Of a stretch of DNA of 40,153 bases, positions 1-8,956 are shown in pieces. This DNA comes from an uncultured Candidatus Kuenenia sp. Its GTDB lineage: Bacteria > Planctomycetota > Planctomycetia > Pirellulales > UBA1268. A program made the position numbers and the translations under genes. The notes beneath the pieces are model-generated. The model made no database searches. It saw only the letters and a list, made by a program, of their open reading frames with translations, and was not told the DNA's origin. Position 1 is the stretch's first letter, and each line of letters begins with the position of its first letter. The stretch lies in assembly GCA_964640405.1 (NCBI GenBank), contig CAZXIG010000001.1, positions 1 to 40,153 on the forward strand, read 5' to 3'.

Positions 1-31
1 GCGGCATCCAACCCGATGCAGCGCGGATTAT

Positions 32-52
32 CCCCCGGCTTGCGCCTGGGGG
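32..52 (-). terminator. Candidate stem-loop downstream of rpoD (no U-tract)
   Basis: The minus strand reads CCCCC-A-GGC GCAA GCC GGGGG. That gives a 5 bp stem, a bulged A, a 3 bp stem and a GCAA (GNRA) tetraloop. It lies about 25 nt after the rpoD stop (78-80). No T-run follows, so terminator function is uncertain. Confidence 0.3.
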
Positions 53-77
53 CTTGTATGAGGAGACCACGCTCCGG

Positions 78-1826
78 CTAGCCGTCGGCGTTCGCCGACT
101 CCATGAAGTTTTCCAGCTGCCGGGAGCGGACCGGGTGCTGGAGCTTCTTCACGGCCTTGGCCTCGATCTGGCGGACCCGCTCCCGCGTGACGCGGAAGAT
201 GCGGCCCACCTCCTCGAGCGTGTAGGTGTAGCCGTCGGTGAGGCCGTACCGCAGGCGGATGATCTCCCGCTCGCGGTAGGTGAGCGTCTTGAGCAGCGAG
301 TCGATCTTGTCGCGAAGCAGGCCGTGGGTGGTCGACTGCGTGGGGCTGGCCACGCCGACGTCCTCCACGAACTCGCTGAAGCTCGCGTCCTCGCTCTCGC
401 CCACGGGCCGGTCGAGGCTCATCGGCTGCCGCCCCATGTCCATCACGCGACGGGCCTCCTCGAGCGGCACGCCCGCGGCCTGCGCGATCTCCTCCGCCGT
501 CGGCTCGCGGCCGAATTCGTGGAGCAGCTTCTTGGCGGTGGTCCGCAGCTTCGAGAGCACGTCGATCATGTGCACCGGGATGCGGATCGTCCGCGACTGG
601 TCGGCGATCGCGCGGGTGATCGCCTGGCGGATCCACCACGTCGCGTAGGTCGAGAACTTGAAGCCGCGGCGATACTCGTACTTGTCGACTGCCCGCATCA
701 GCCCCGTGTTGCCCTCCTGGATCAAGTCGAGGAAGGACAGGCCACGGTTACGGTATTTCTTGGCGATCGACACCACGAGCCGGAGGTTGGCCGCCGAGAG
801 GTTCCGCTTCGCGGCGTCGTACTCGACCTTCAGCTTCTCGAGCATGTCCACGCGGGTGCGGAGCGAGCGGGGGCTCTCGAGCGTGGTGAGCATCAGGTCG
901 CGGAGCTCCTTCCGCATGTCGGCGAAATCGTCACGCGGCATCTCCCCCTTCTTGATCAGCCGCAGGTCGTGCTGCAGCCGGTCCATGCGGGCCGACATGC
1001 CCCGCAGCAGCTTCACCAGCGGCTGCACGCGGCGGGTGCGGAGGCTCAGCTCCTCGACGAGCTGAAGCGACTTGCCGCGGGCGCGGCGGAACCGCAGCCG
1101 GGCGGCCTTGGCGTCGTCGGGACTCGTCTTCTTGCTGATCAGGAGCCGGAAGTCGGCCACGCTCTGCTTCATGAGGTGGTCGAGCGTCGTCAGGTTGTGC
1201 GGCATCCGCGCCTGGATCTGCTCCTTGGTGAGCCGCTCGGTGAGCGACACCTTGATCGTGCGGTCGAAGGGCAGGGCCCCCTCGTGCACCCGCCGCAGCG
1301 TGTCGACCGTGGCCCGCAGCGAGTAGTTGCAGCCGAGCACGGCCCGGCGGAAACGCTTTCGCGTCACCTCGATCCGCTTGGCCAGCGAGATCTCCTCGCG
1401 GCGCGTGAGCAGCGGGATCTCCGCCATCTGGGCCAGGTACATCCGGATCGGATCGTTGCCCGCGTTGGAAGGCGGCGTGGTGATCGCCTCCTCGCGGCGC
1501 GGCGCGGGGGCGGCTGCGGCCGGCGCGGCTGCGGTCTGGTCCCGCGGTTCCGGAGGTGAATCGACCAGTTCGACGCCGATGTCTTCCAGGGCCACGAGCA
1601 GGGCGTCGATCTTCTCGGGATCGACCGCCTCGTCGGGCAGGTATTCGTTGACCTGGTCGAACGTCAGGTAGCCCTGGGACTTGCCCGTGGCGATCAACGC
1701 GGCGAGGTCGGCATCGCTGCCGTGGGGCTGCGGGCCCGTGGCGACGCGGGCGGCGGCGTCGATCTGCTCGGAGGAAATCCGCTGCGTGGCGGGGGTGGCC
1801 TGGGTCTTCGTGGTCACGTTCTTCAT
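78..1826 (-). CDS. rpoD: RNA polymerase primary sigma factor (sigma-70, RpoD)
   Basis: 582 aa. Acidic region 1.1-like N-terminus. Conserved region 2 ([41 protein letters not shown]), region 3 and region 4.2 ([27 protein letters not shown]). ATG at 1826 is preceded by AAGGAG. Confidence 0.97.
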   Translation of the reverse strand: MKNVTTKTQATPATQRISSEQIDAAARVATGPQPHGSDADLAALIATGKSQGYLTFDQVNEYLPDEAVDPEKIDALLVALEDIGVELVDSPPEPRDQTAAAPAAAAPAPRREEAITTPPSNAGNDPIRMYLAQMAEIPLLTRREEISLAKRIEVTRKRFRRAVLGCNYSLRATVDTLRRVHEGALPFDRTIKVSLTERLTKEQIQARMPHNLTTLDHLMKQSVADFRLLISKKTSPDDAKAARLRFRRARGKSLQLVEELSLRTRRVQPLVKLLRGMSARMDRLQHDLRLIKKGEMPRDDFADMRKELRDLMLTTLESPRSLRTRVDMLEKLKVEYDAAKRNLSAANLRLVVSIAKKYRNRGLSFLDLIQEGNTGLMRAVDKYEYRRGFKFSTYATWWIRQAITRAIADQSRTIRIPVHMIDVLSKLRTTAKKLLHEFGREPTAEEIAQAAGVPLEEARRVMDMGRQPMSLDRPVGESEDASFSEFVEDVGVASPTQSTTHGLLRDKIDSLLKTLTYREREIIRLRYGLTDGYTYTLEEVGRIFRVTRERVRQIEAKAVKKLQHPVRSRQLENFMESANADG

Positions 1827-1929
1827 CGGTGGTTCTCCTTCACCATCCTACCGTCACTCGCCGACCGCCCCCCGATCCCGCGGAGCCTTCCGGCCGGCGG
1901 GATCGATCGCAGCGACGAGATGGACACCC

Positions 1930-3906
1930 TCACCCATCCTTGGGATCGGCCATGCCCTGCACGGCCCGCCGCTCCGCGACGAGACGTGCCAAAAGTTCAG
2001 CTTCCGCGCCGGTGTCGAGCCGGTCGGTCTTCAATGCCCGGGCGCTCGCCCGCGCCCGCCGCTCCGCGGCCCGGCGCTGGATCGCCTCCTCCAAATGTTT
2101 GAGTCGCTCCCGCGGATCGACGCGGCCGCGATCGCCGCTCGACTCGTCTACGGCGACGAGCAGGCTCTGGAGCGCGGGGTCGGTGAGTTCGAGGAGTAGT
2201 CCACCAAGGGCCACGGGCCGCCCCTCGCGGTGCAGCTTGCTGGCCACCTCGAGCACCTGCCGCGCGGCCGGCGTCTCGAGGCCGCTCTGCCCGACCTGCT
2301 GCACGATCACGCCGATGCTGTCGGGCACGCCCACGAGCACCTCGATCACCTCGCGATCCCACGGCGGCAGCCGCGGCACGTCGGCGGCGGCCGCATCGTC
2401 GTCGGGCCGTTCGGCCGCGGGGCGACCGCCGCCGCGGAGGTCGTCGAGGCGGGCACGCAGCGTCTCCCGCGCGAGGCCGAATCGCCGCGACAGCCGGCCG
2501 AGAACCTGGTCTTCCCGCAGCCGTGCCTGCGAGGCGACGAGCGACGAGCGACGCGAGGCGGTGGCGAGAGCCGTGAGCACGCTCTCGATCGAGGCGAGGG
2601 CCGCATCGTCGCCGGCGTCGGGGGCCAGGCCGGCGAGTGCCTCGTCCATCCGGTAGTCGAGCGGATCGCCCGCCGAATCGACGAGCGACTCGAAGGCGTC
2701 GCGGCCGCGCTCGAGGATGAACTCGCACGGATCGACACCCGCCGGCAGCCGCGCGATCCGCACGTCGATCGGCTCGGCGAGGAGCACTTCGAGCACCTCG
2801 TTGGCCCGGCGGCGGCCGGCGTCGTCGCCGTCGAGCACGAGCACGATCCGGTCGGCGTAGCGCCGCAGCAGTTTGGCATGCCGCTCTCCGAGGGCCGTGC
2901 CGAGCACGGCGACCACGTCGTCGATGCCGGCCTGCCGGGCGGCGAGGCAGTCGGTGTAGCCCTCGACGACGATCGCCCGCCGCGACTTGGTGATCGCGTC
3001 GCGGGCCGTGTCGAGGCCGTAGAGCATCGAGCTCTTCGAGAAGAGCGGCGTCTCCGGTGAATTGATGTACTTCGCCGAATCGGGCGGGGCACCCGGCAGC
3101 ACGCGGCCGCCGAAGGCCACGCACCGCCCCTGCGGATCGCGGATCGGGAAGATCACGCGGCCGCGGAACCGGTCGTAGTGGCCCGAATGATCCTGCCGCT
3201 CCACGGCGAGGCCGGTCTTCACGAGGTCGGCCGCGCCGATGCCCGCGGCCGCAGCCTGCCGCAGGAGCCAGTCCCAGGCCTGCGGCGCGAAGCCGAGCTG
3301 AAACCGCGCGATCGACTCGGCCGGGAGGCCGCGGCCGGCGAGATACTCGCGGGCGGCTGCAGCCTCGGGCGAGTGTTGCAGGCAGGCGTGAAACCGTTCG
3401 GCGGCCCAGCCGCAGGCCCGCCGGAGGGCGGCCTTGTCGTCGGCAGGCAGGCCGCCGCGGCCACGGGGAATCTGGATGCCGGCCCGATCGGCGAGTTGCT
3501 CGAGCGCCTCGCGGAACTCGATCTTCTCCATCCGCATCACAAAGTTGAACACGTCGCCGCCGATGTCGCACACCCAGCAGCGGAACGTCTGCCGCTCCGG
3601 ATTCACCTGGAGGCTGGGCCGCGAGTCGTCGTGCCAAGGGCAGAGCCCCACCATGGCCTTGCCGCCGCGCCGCAGCGCGATGTAAGAGCCCACGACGTCG
3701 ACGATGTCGGTCGCGTCGCGGACCCGCTCCTTGAGGTCATCCCGCGGACCGGCGGCCGAAGGCGACGGGCTCGACGGTGGCGTGGGACGAGCTGGCACGG
3801 GGGAGGCCGAGGTGTGGTGGCGAAGAGTGCGGTGAAGTGACCGCCGAAATCTATGGGTGCCCGAGAAACGGGTCAACGCGGATTTCTCGCTGCGCAGCCA
3901 GCCCAA
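1930..3906 (-). CDS. dnaG: DNA primase DnaG (start codon uncertain)
   Basis: CHC2 zinc finger (CPWHDDSRPSLQVNPERQTFRCWVCDIGGDVFNFV). Toprim region (IVVEGYTDCLAARQAG ... LVLDGDDAGRRRA). Sits immediately upstream of rpoD. The maximal ORF begins with TTG at 3906. No in-frame ATG precedes the zinc finger, so the real start is a non-ATG codon somewhere in 3750-3906. Confidence 0.93.
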   Translation of the reverse strand: MGWLRSEKSALTRFSGTHRFRRSLHRTLRHHTSASPVPARPTPPSSPSPSAAGPRDDLKERVRDATDIVDVVGSYIALRRGGKAMVGLCPWHDDSRPSLQVNPERQTFRCWVCDIGGDVFNFVMRMEKIEFREALEQLADRAGIQIPRGRGGLPADDKAALRRACGWAAERFHACLQHSPEAAAAREYLAGRGLPAESIARFQLGFAPQAWDWLLRQAAAAGIGAADLVKTGLAVERQDHSGHYDRFRGRVIFPIRDPQGRCVAFGGRVLPGAPPDSAKYINSPETPLFSKSSMLYGLDTARDAITKSRRAIVVEGYTDCLAARQAGIDDVVAVLGTALGERHAKLLRRYADRIVLVLDGDDAGRRRANEVLEVLLAEPIDVRIARLPAGVDPCEFILERGRDAFESLVDSAGDPLDYRMDEALAGLAPDAGDDAALASIESVLTALATASRRSSLVASQARLREDQVLGRLSRRFGLARETLRARLDDLRGGGRPAAERPDDDAAAADVPRLPPWDREVIEVLVGVPDSIGVIVQQVGQSGLETPAARQVLEVASKLHREGRPVALGGLLLELTDPALQSLLVAVDESSGDRGRVDPRERLKHLEEAIQRRAAERRARASARALKTDRLDTGAEAELLARLVAERRAVQGMADPKDG

Positions 3907-3919
3907 ACTACCAGCGTGC

Positions 3920-4354
3920 TCAGGAAAGCAGGCGGTCGACGCTGGCGAGGAGCCGGTCCATGGCGAACGGCTTGCGGATGTAGTCGTCGACGCCGAGCAT
4001 CTCGGCGTAGGCCTTGTGACGGCTCCCCTCGTTGGCGGTGATCATGATCACCCGCACCGGGTTGGGGCTGCTACGGCGGAGCTTTTCGAGCACGAGAAAG
4101 CCGCTCCGCTTGGGCATCATCATGTCGAGCACGACGAGGTCGGGAGCCTCTTTTTCAGCCATCACGAGGCCCTGATTGCCGTCGCGGGCCACGAGGATCG
4201 CATAGCCCCGCGACTCGAGCACCGTCCGCATCGACTCCACGATTTCCGGGTCGTCGTCCACCAGCAGAATGCGCCGGCCGCCGGCCGTCGCCGTGGCCGT
4301 ATCGCTGGCACTCGTTTCCTTGACGGCCTTTTTGGTTCGCTTCTGGGCGGGCAT
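3920..4354 (-). CDS. Single-domain response regulator (CheY-like receiver)
   Basis: 144 aa. Receiver motifs RILLVDDD, phospho-acceptor context LVVLDMMMP, and a conserved Lys in DDYIRKPF. No output domain. Confidence 0.9.
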   Translation of the reverse strand: MPAQKRTKKAVKETSASDTATATAGGRRILLVDDDPEIVESMRTVLESRGYAILVARDGNQGLVMAEKEAPDLVVLDMMMPKRSGFLVLEKLRRSSPNPVRVIMITANEGSRHKAYAEMLGVDDYIRKPFAMDRLLASVDRLLS

Positions 4355-4420
4355 CGACTCAACCTCTGAATCTGAAACAAGTGCTCGATGACGAATGGGA
4401 CTTCAACTGCCCAGATGGTA

Positions 4421-5164
4421 TCACGAGCGGGCGGTCGTGGCCATCGAATCGCCCGTCACGCGGCCAGCGAGCGATACTTCGGACGCCGGCCCTAGGCCCA
4501 GCCATGCCGACGCCGCGACCAGCCCAACGGCGGCGCCGAATGCGATGTCGCTTGGATAATGGGCCGACGACGTCACGCGTTGCAGCGCGGCCAGCGTGGC
4601 CACGATCGTGAAGCCCCAGGCGCCGTCGGGATACCGCCAGGCAAGCGCCGCCGCGAAGGCGGCGGCCGCGCCGGCATGCCCGGAGGGAAAACTCATCACG
4701 TCGGCGCCCCCCCGACCGTCGACGAGCGCCGACGTGCCGAACGTGCCGAAGACCGAGGCGAGCGAGCCGAGGTCGGCCGCCCGCGGCCGCACCCGCTCGA
4801 TCGCCGACTTGATCAGCGTCGTGCAGATGCCGGACGTGATCACGGCGGCAGCCATCCGCAGGAATGCCCGCGGCCACGCAGGCGGGCTGCGGAGCGAGCG
4901 GTCGATCGCGAGAAGCACCAGAAAAAGCACCGTGATCCCGGTGCCGTGCGCGAAGATCTCCATGAGATCGAACAGGCGATCCAACTCCCGGGGCAGGCCG
5001 TGAGTCTTCACCCAAGAAGCCACGGGCAGGTCGATCGGCAGGCAGGCGAAGCCCACGAGCACGAGGCTCGAGGCGATCGCCCAGAGTCGCTGCCGATAAC
5101 GCGCGCGGGAGCCCGGGCGGGTGCGGGAGAGGATTGGCGGAAGCGGAACGGATGAGCGGTTCAT
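4421..5164 (-). CDS. PAP2-family membrane phosphatase
   Basis: 247 aa and hydrophobic. Has the three PAP2 motifs: KSAIERVRP, SFPSGH and SSAHYPSD. Confidence 0.85.
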   Translation of the reverse strand: MNRSSVPLPPILSRTRPGSRARYRQRLWAIASSLVLVGFACLPIDLPVASWVKTHGLPRELDRLFDLMEIFAHGTGITVLFLVLLAIDRSLRSPPAWPRAFLRMAAAVITSGICTTLIKSAIERVRPRAADLGSLASVFGTFGTSALVDGRGGADVMSFPSGHAGAAAAFAAALAWRYPDGAWGFTIVATLAALQRVTSSAHYPSDIAFGAAVGLVAASAWLGLGPASEVSLAGRVTGDSMATTARS

Positions 5165-5197
5165 GAACGAAGTATCGCACGAGAGCCTCCCCGACGC

Positions 5198-6766
5198 CTA
5201 CGTCCACAGCGCCCGATCGAGCAGCCGGTAATTCACGGCCTCGCTCACGTGGGCCGGGCTGATCGTGTCGGCTGCGTCGAGGTCGGCGACGGTGCGGGCC
5301 ACCCGCAGCACCTTGTCGTGGGCCCGCGCGGAGAGGCCGAGATCGGCCACGGCCGCGCGGAGCAATTCGGCGGCGGCGGGCTCCAGGCGGCAAAACTCCC
5401 GAATCTGTCGGGAGTTCATCCGGGCATTGCTTCTCGGCGTCGCCGAGCCCCCCGCGGCGAACCGCTGCGCCTGCCGCAGCCGGGCGGCGAGCACGGCCTC
5501 CCGCATCTGGCTGCTCGAGGTGCCCGGACGCGAGGCGGCCAGCTCTCGAAACGGCACGGCCGGCACCTCCAGGTGGATGTCGATCCGGTCGAGCAGCGGC
5601 CCCGAGATCTTGCCCATGTAGCGTTCGATCTGCGGCACGGTGCACTGGCACTGTCGACGCGGATCACCGCGGTAGCCGCAGGGGCAGGGGTTGAGCGCGG
5701 CGACGAGCATGAAATCGGCCGGGAATTTGGTCGACGTGCGGGCCCGGCTGATCGTGACGAATCCATCTTCCAGCGGCTGGCGGAGCACCTCGAGCGTCCG
5801 CCGATTGAACTCCGGCATTTCATCGAGAAACAACACGCCATTGTGGGCCAACGAAATCTCGCCCGGCATCGGGATCGAGCGGCCGCCGATCAGGCCGGCT
5901 TCGCTGATCGTGTGGTGCGGGGCGCGGAACGGCCGCGTGGCCACCAGCGGCTGCCCGGGCTGGAGCAGGCCGAGCGAACTGTAGATGCGGGTGGTTTCGA
6001 TCGACTCGGCGGCGGAGAGCTGCGGCAGGATCGTGGGAATCCGTTTGGCGAGCATCGTCTTGCCCCCTCCCGGCGGGCCCACCATCATGCAGTTGTGGCC
6101 CCCCGCCGCGGCCACGCAGAGCGCCCGCTTGGCTGCCTCCTGGCCACGGACGTCGGCGAAGTCGATGTCGTAGCTCGCAAAGCGGTCGAACCATTCCGTC
6201 ACCCGCGGCGGTGCCGGCGGGATCGAGAGGTCGCCGGAGAAAAACTGCACAGCTTCGGTGAGCGAGGCCACGGGGATGACCTCGATGTCTTCCACGACCG
6301 CGGCCTCCGTGGCGCTCGCCGCAGGCACGACGAGCCCCTTCAGCGGCGCAGCGCTGCCGGCGCAATGCCTCTGGCGCGCCGTCGCCATGGCGATCGAGAG
6401 GGCGCCGCGGGCGGGCCTCGTCGTGCCCTCGAGCGAGAGTTCGCCCACGACCGCGTAATCCCGCAGCCGCTCCGAACAGAATTGGCCACTCCCCGCCAGG
6501 ATGCCGAGCGTGATCGGGAGATCGAACGTCGCTGCCTGCTTCGGCAATTCGGCCGGGGCAAGATTGATCACGATCCGATCATTGGGGCGGTGAAAGCCTG
6601 AATTCACCATCGCCCGGGCGACCCGGTGGGTGCTCTCGCGGATGGCCGGGTCGGGAAGGCCGACGAGCACCGTGGCCGGCAGCGCGCCGCTCGATACATC
6701 GACCTCGACATCGACGGGAACCGCATCGATCCCAAACAGCGAGAAGGTCTGCAAGCGGGCGAGCAT
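5198..6766 (-). CDS. comM: Mg-chelatase-like AAA+ protein ComM/YifB
   Basis: N-terminus MLARLQTFSLFGIDAVPVDVEVDVS is typical of YifB/ComM. Walker A is GPPGGGKTMLAKRI, and an arginine-finger region follows. The track ORF extends to a TTG at 6847. I prefer the ATG at 6766, which has AGGAG 9 nt upstream. Confidence 0.92.
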   Translation of the reverse strand: MLARLQTFSLFGIDAVPVDVEVDVSSGALPATVLVGLPDPAIRESTHRVARAMVNSGFHRPNDRIVINLAPAELPKQAATFDLPITLGILAGSGQFCSERLRDYAVVGELSLEGTTRPARGALSIAMATARQRHCAGSAAPLKGLVVPAASATEAAVVEDIEVIPVASLTEAVQFFSGDLSIPPAPPRVTEWFDRFASYDIDFADVRGQEAAKRALCVAAAGGHNCMMVGPPGGGKTMLAKRIPTILPQLSAAESIETTRIYSSLGLLQPGQPLVATRPFRAPHHTISEAGLIGGRSIPMPGEISLAHNGVLFLDEMPEFNRRTLEVLRQPLEDGFVTISRARTSTKFPADFMLVAALNPCPCGYRGDPRRQCQCTVPQIERYMGKISGPLLDRIDIHLEVPAVPFRELAASRPGTSSSQMREAVLAARLRQAQRFAAGGSATPRSNARMNSRQIREFCRLEPAAAELLRAAVADLGLSARAHDKVLRVARTVADLDAADTISPAHVSEAVNYRLLDRALWT

Positions 6767-6910
6767 GGCATCGGCTCCTACGTGACGAAGGGGGCACTCG
6801 GGCGGCCCCGGTGACAAGGAGTGTACAGACGTATATGTTTTATGCAAGTTGGTCGATTTTTCGGGCGATTCTGCGGTAGGCTGTAGACGCGCGAATCAAA
6901 GGCGCGACGC

Positions 6911-8956
6911 ATGAGTGACCGCAAGATGACCAACGCAGTTCGAACCACGACGACGGCCGTCGGGCTGTGCCTGACGGCGGCGGCGATGGCAGTGGTGACC
7001 CGAGCCGTGGAACCCAATCACGATGAAGCGGCCGTCGCGGCATACACGCTTCCCGATCCACTCGCCGGTGCCGACCGCACACCGGCCCGGACGGCCGAGG
7101 ACTGGCGGACCCGGTGTCGGCCCTTTCAGTTCGAGCTCGTCGAATCGACCGTCTATGGCCGGCGGCTGCCGCCCGTGCCGGTGAGCGTCGTGGGAGACGT
7201 GGAACGGGCCGAGGTCACGCTCGCCGGCGATCTCCCCGCCGTGCGGGTGCAGGCGACGCTGCGGCTGGGCGCGGTCGCGGATGCGCCGACCGTCGACGTG
7301 CTCCTCTACCTGCCCCGCGATGCGAAGCGGGTGCCCGTTTTCCTCGGCCTCAACTTCCGCGGCAACCAGGCCGAGCACCCCGATCCGGGCATCCGGCTGG
7401 CCCGCGGCTGGGTGCCCGACGACGCGGCCGCGGGCATCGAAAACAACCGGGCGACGGAACGGTCGCGCGGCACGAGCGCCCAGCGGTTTCCCGTCGAGCA
7501 GATGCTCGCCCGGGGCTACGGCATGGCCACGGCCTATTGCGGCGATCTGTTTCCCGACCGCCCCGATGGCCGGTCCATGAGCGTGCTCGCCGCGCTCGGC
7601 CGGCCCGTGGCGGGCGAGTTGCCCCCCGACGAACCCGGCGCCATCGCAGCCTGGGCGTGGGGCCTCTGCCGGATCCTCGATTGGCTCGTCACGCTCCCGG
7701 AGGTCGATCCCGCCCGCGTGATCGTGGTCGGGCACTCGCGGCTCGGGAAGACGGCCGTGTGGGCCGGGGCCTGTGACGAACGCTTCGCCATGGTCGTGTC
7801 GAACGAGTCGGGCTGCGGCGGAGCGGCCCTCTCGAAACGCAATTTTGGCGAGACGGTGGAGGTCATCACGCAGCGGTTTCCGCACTGGTTCTGCCCGCGG
7901 TTCGCCACGTTCGCAGGCCGCGAGGCCGAATTGCCCTGCGATCAGCATCAACTGCTCGCGCTCGTCGCCCCGCGGCCGCTGTACGTGGCGAGCGCCGCGG
8001 AGGATCTCTGGGCCGACCCGCGGGGTGAGTTTCTCGCCGCCGTCGCCGCGGGCCCGGTGTGGCGGCGCCTCGGCCAGACCGACCTCGGCACGGACGAGTT
8101 CCCACCCGTCGACACGCCCGTCGGCGGCACCGTCGGCTATCACGTGCGAACGGGTCGCCACGAGCTCATCGACTACGACTGGCAGCGCTTCGCCGACCAC
8201 GCCGACCGGGTGCTGCTCGGTAAAACACCCTCCTCCGATCGTCATCCTGCCTTCCATCCGCAGCAGGCGAAGCTCCCCGTCGCCCCGCCGCCGGGGGCCA
8301 TCGTGCTCTTCGGTGACGGGACCGAGCCGGCGAAGTTCACGAGCATGGCGGGCGGACCGATCGACTGGCGGGCGGAGGACGGCACGCTCGTCGTGAACAC
8401 CACGAACGGGCATGCCAACCACATCGTGTCGACCGAGCTGTTCCAGGACGCCGACATCCACGCCGAGTTCGTGGTCGACCCGCGAGCCCACGGAAACAGC
8501 GGCCTCTACCTGCACGGTCTCTACGAGATGCAGATCTACGACTCGTTCGGCGTCGAGCCGCCGACGGAGCAGGACGAGGGGGCCCTCTACCGGTTCGCCA
8601 AGCCGATCGTGAATGCCTCGCGGCCGGCCGGCGAATGGCAGGTGTACGACATCCGGTTCATCGCGCCGCGCCGCGGAGCCGACGGCACGATCACGACTCC
8701 GGGGAAGGTCACCGCCTGGCTCAACGGCCGGCTCGTGCAAAACGGCCTCGCGTTCACCGAGCCACGGTCACCCTACGTTCCCTACAAGCATGGCGTGACC
8801 GACTTTCTCCGGGGCGTGGAGAAGCGGCTGCTCGCCACGGGACGCGGCCCGCTCTTTCTGCAGGATCATGGCAGCCCGGCGCGGTATCGGAATGTCTGGG
8901 TGCGACCGCTGGACGCGAGAGAGGGCCGGGCTCCGCATGGAGCCGCAGGCCGATGA
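6911..8956 (+). CDS. Secreted CE15-like (glucuronoyl/acetyl-xylan type) esterase fused to a C-terminal DUF1080 (3-keto-disaccharide hydrolase-like) domain
   Basis: 681 aa with a signal-peptide-like N-terminus. Has the nucleophile elbow GHSRLGKTAVWAG plus SNESGCGGAALSKRNFGE, as in CE15 esterases. The C-terminal ~200 aa carry DUF1080 hallmarks (VLFGDGTEPAKFT ... WRAEDGTLVV ... GPLFLQDHGSPARYRNVWVRPL). Confidence 0.75.
   Translation: MSDRKMTNAVRTTTTAVGLCLTAAAMAVVTRAVEPNHDEAAVAAYTLPDPLAGADRTPARTAEDWRTRCRPFQFELVESTVYGRRLPPVPVSVVGDVERAEVTLAGDLPAVRVQATLRLGAVADAPTVDVLLYLPRDAKRVPVFLGLNFRGNQAEHPDPGIRLARGWVPDDAAAGIENNRATERSRGTSAQRFPVEQMLARGYGMATAYCGDLFPDRPDGRSMSVLAALGRPVAGELPPDEPGAIAAWAWGLCRILDWLVTLPEVDPARVIVVGHSRLGKTAVWAGACDERFAMVVSNESGCGGAALSKRNFGETVEVITQRFPHWFCPRFATFAGREAELPCDQHQLLALVAPRPLYVASAAEDLWADPRGEFLAAVAAGPVWRRLGQTDLGTDEFPPVDTPVGGTVGYHVRTGRHELIDYDWQRFADHADRVLLGKTPSSDRHPAFHPQQAKLPVAPPPGAIVLFGDGTEPAKFTSMAGGPIDWRAEDGTLVVNTTNGHANHIVSTELFQDADIHAEFVVDPRAHGNSGLYLHGLYEMQIYDSFGVEPPTEQDEGALYRFAKPIVNASRPAGEWQVYDIRFIAPRRGADGTITTPGKVTAWLNGRLVQNGLAFTEPRSPYVPYKHGVTDFLRGVEKRLLATGRGPLFLQDHGSPARYRNVWVRPLDAREGRAPHGAAGR

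Noticed and set aside
54-1559. 501-aa plus-strand ORF covering most of the rpoD locus
   Set aside because: It is antisense to an unmistakable rpoD, starts at a TTG, has Arg/Leu/Gly/Ala-rich composition and shows no motifs. This is a typical mirror ORF of a high-GC gene.
5198-6766. comM, Uma2 nuclease (32070-32621), HD protein (14569-15264) and DinB protein, considered as parts of a defence or mobile island
   Set aside because: They are dispersed among housekeeping genes (rpoD, dnaG, ileS, purN). There are no integrase, tRNA target, flanking direct repeats or partner defence genes. The local low-GC patches coincide with divergent promoter regions only.
6896-8740. 614-aa minus-strand ORF. I apply the same reasoning to 9571-11178, 17545-19437, 24115-26085, 26159-27460, 33885-35597, 35637-37358, 37594-39072, 1997-3637 and 20568-21542.
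   Set aside because: All are antisense or out of frame relative to genes with strong family motifs on the other strand or frame. All have low-complexity Arg/Pro/Gly-rich translations. None has a plausible start context.
8635-8952. Upstream extension of the S46 peptidase ORF
   Set aside because: It lies out of frame inside the 3' end of the CE15-DUF1080 gene. The signal peptide and the mature DEGMW N-terminus begin after 8953-9004.
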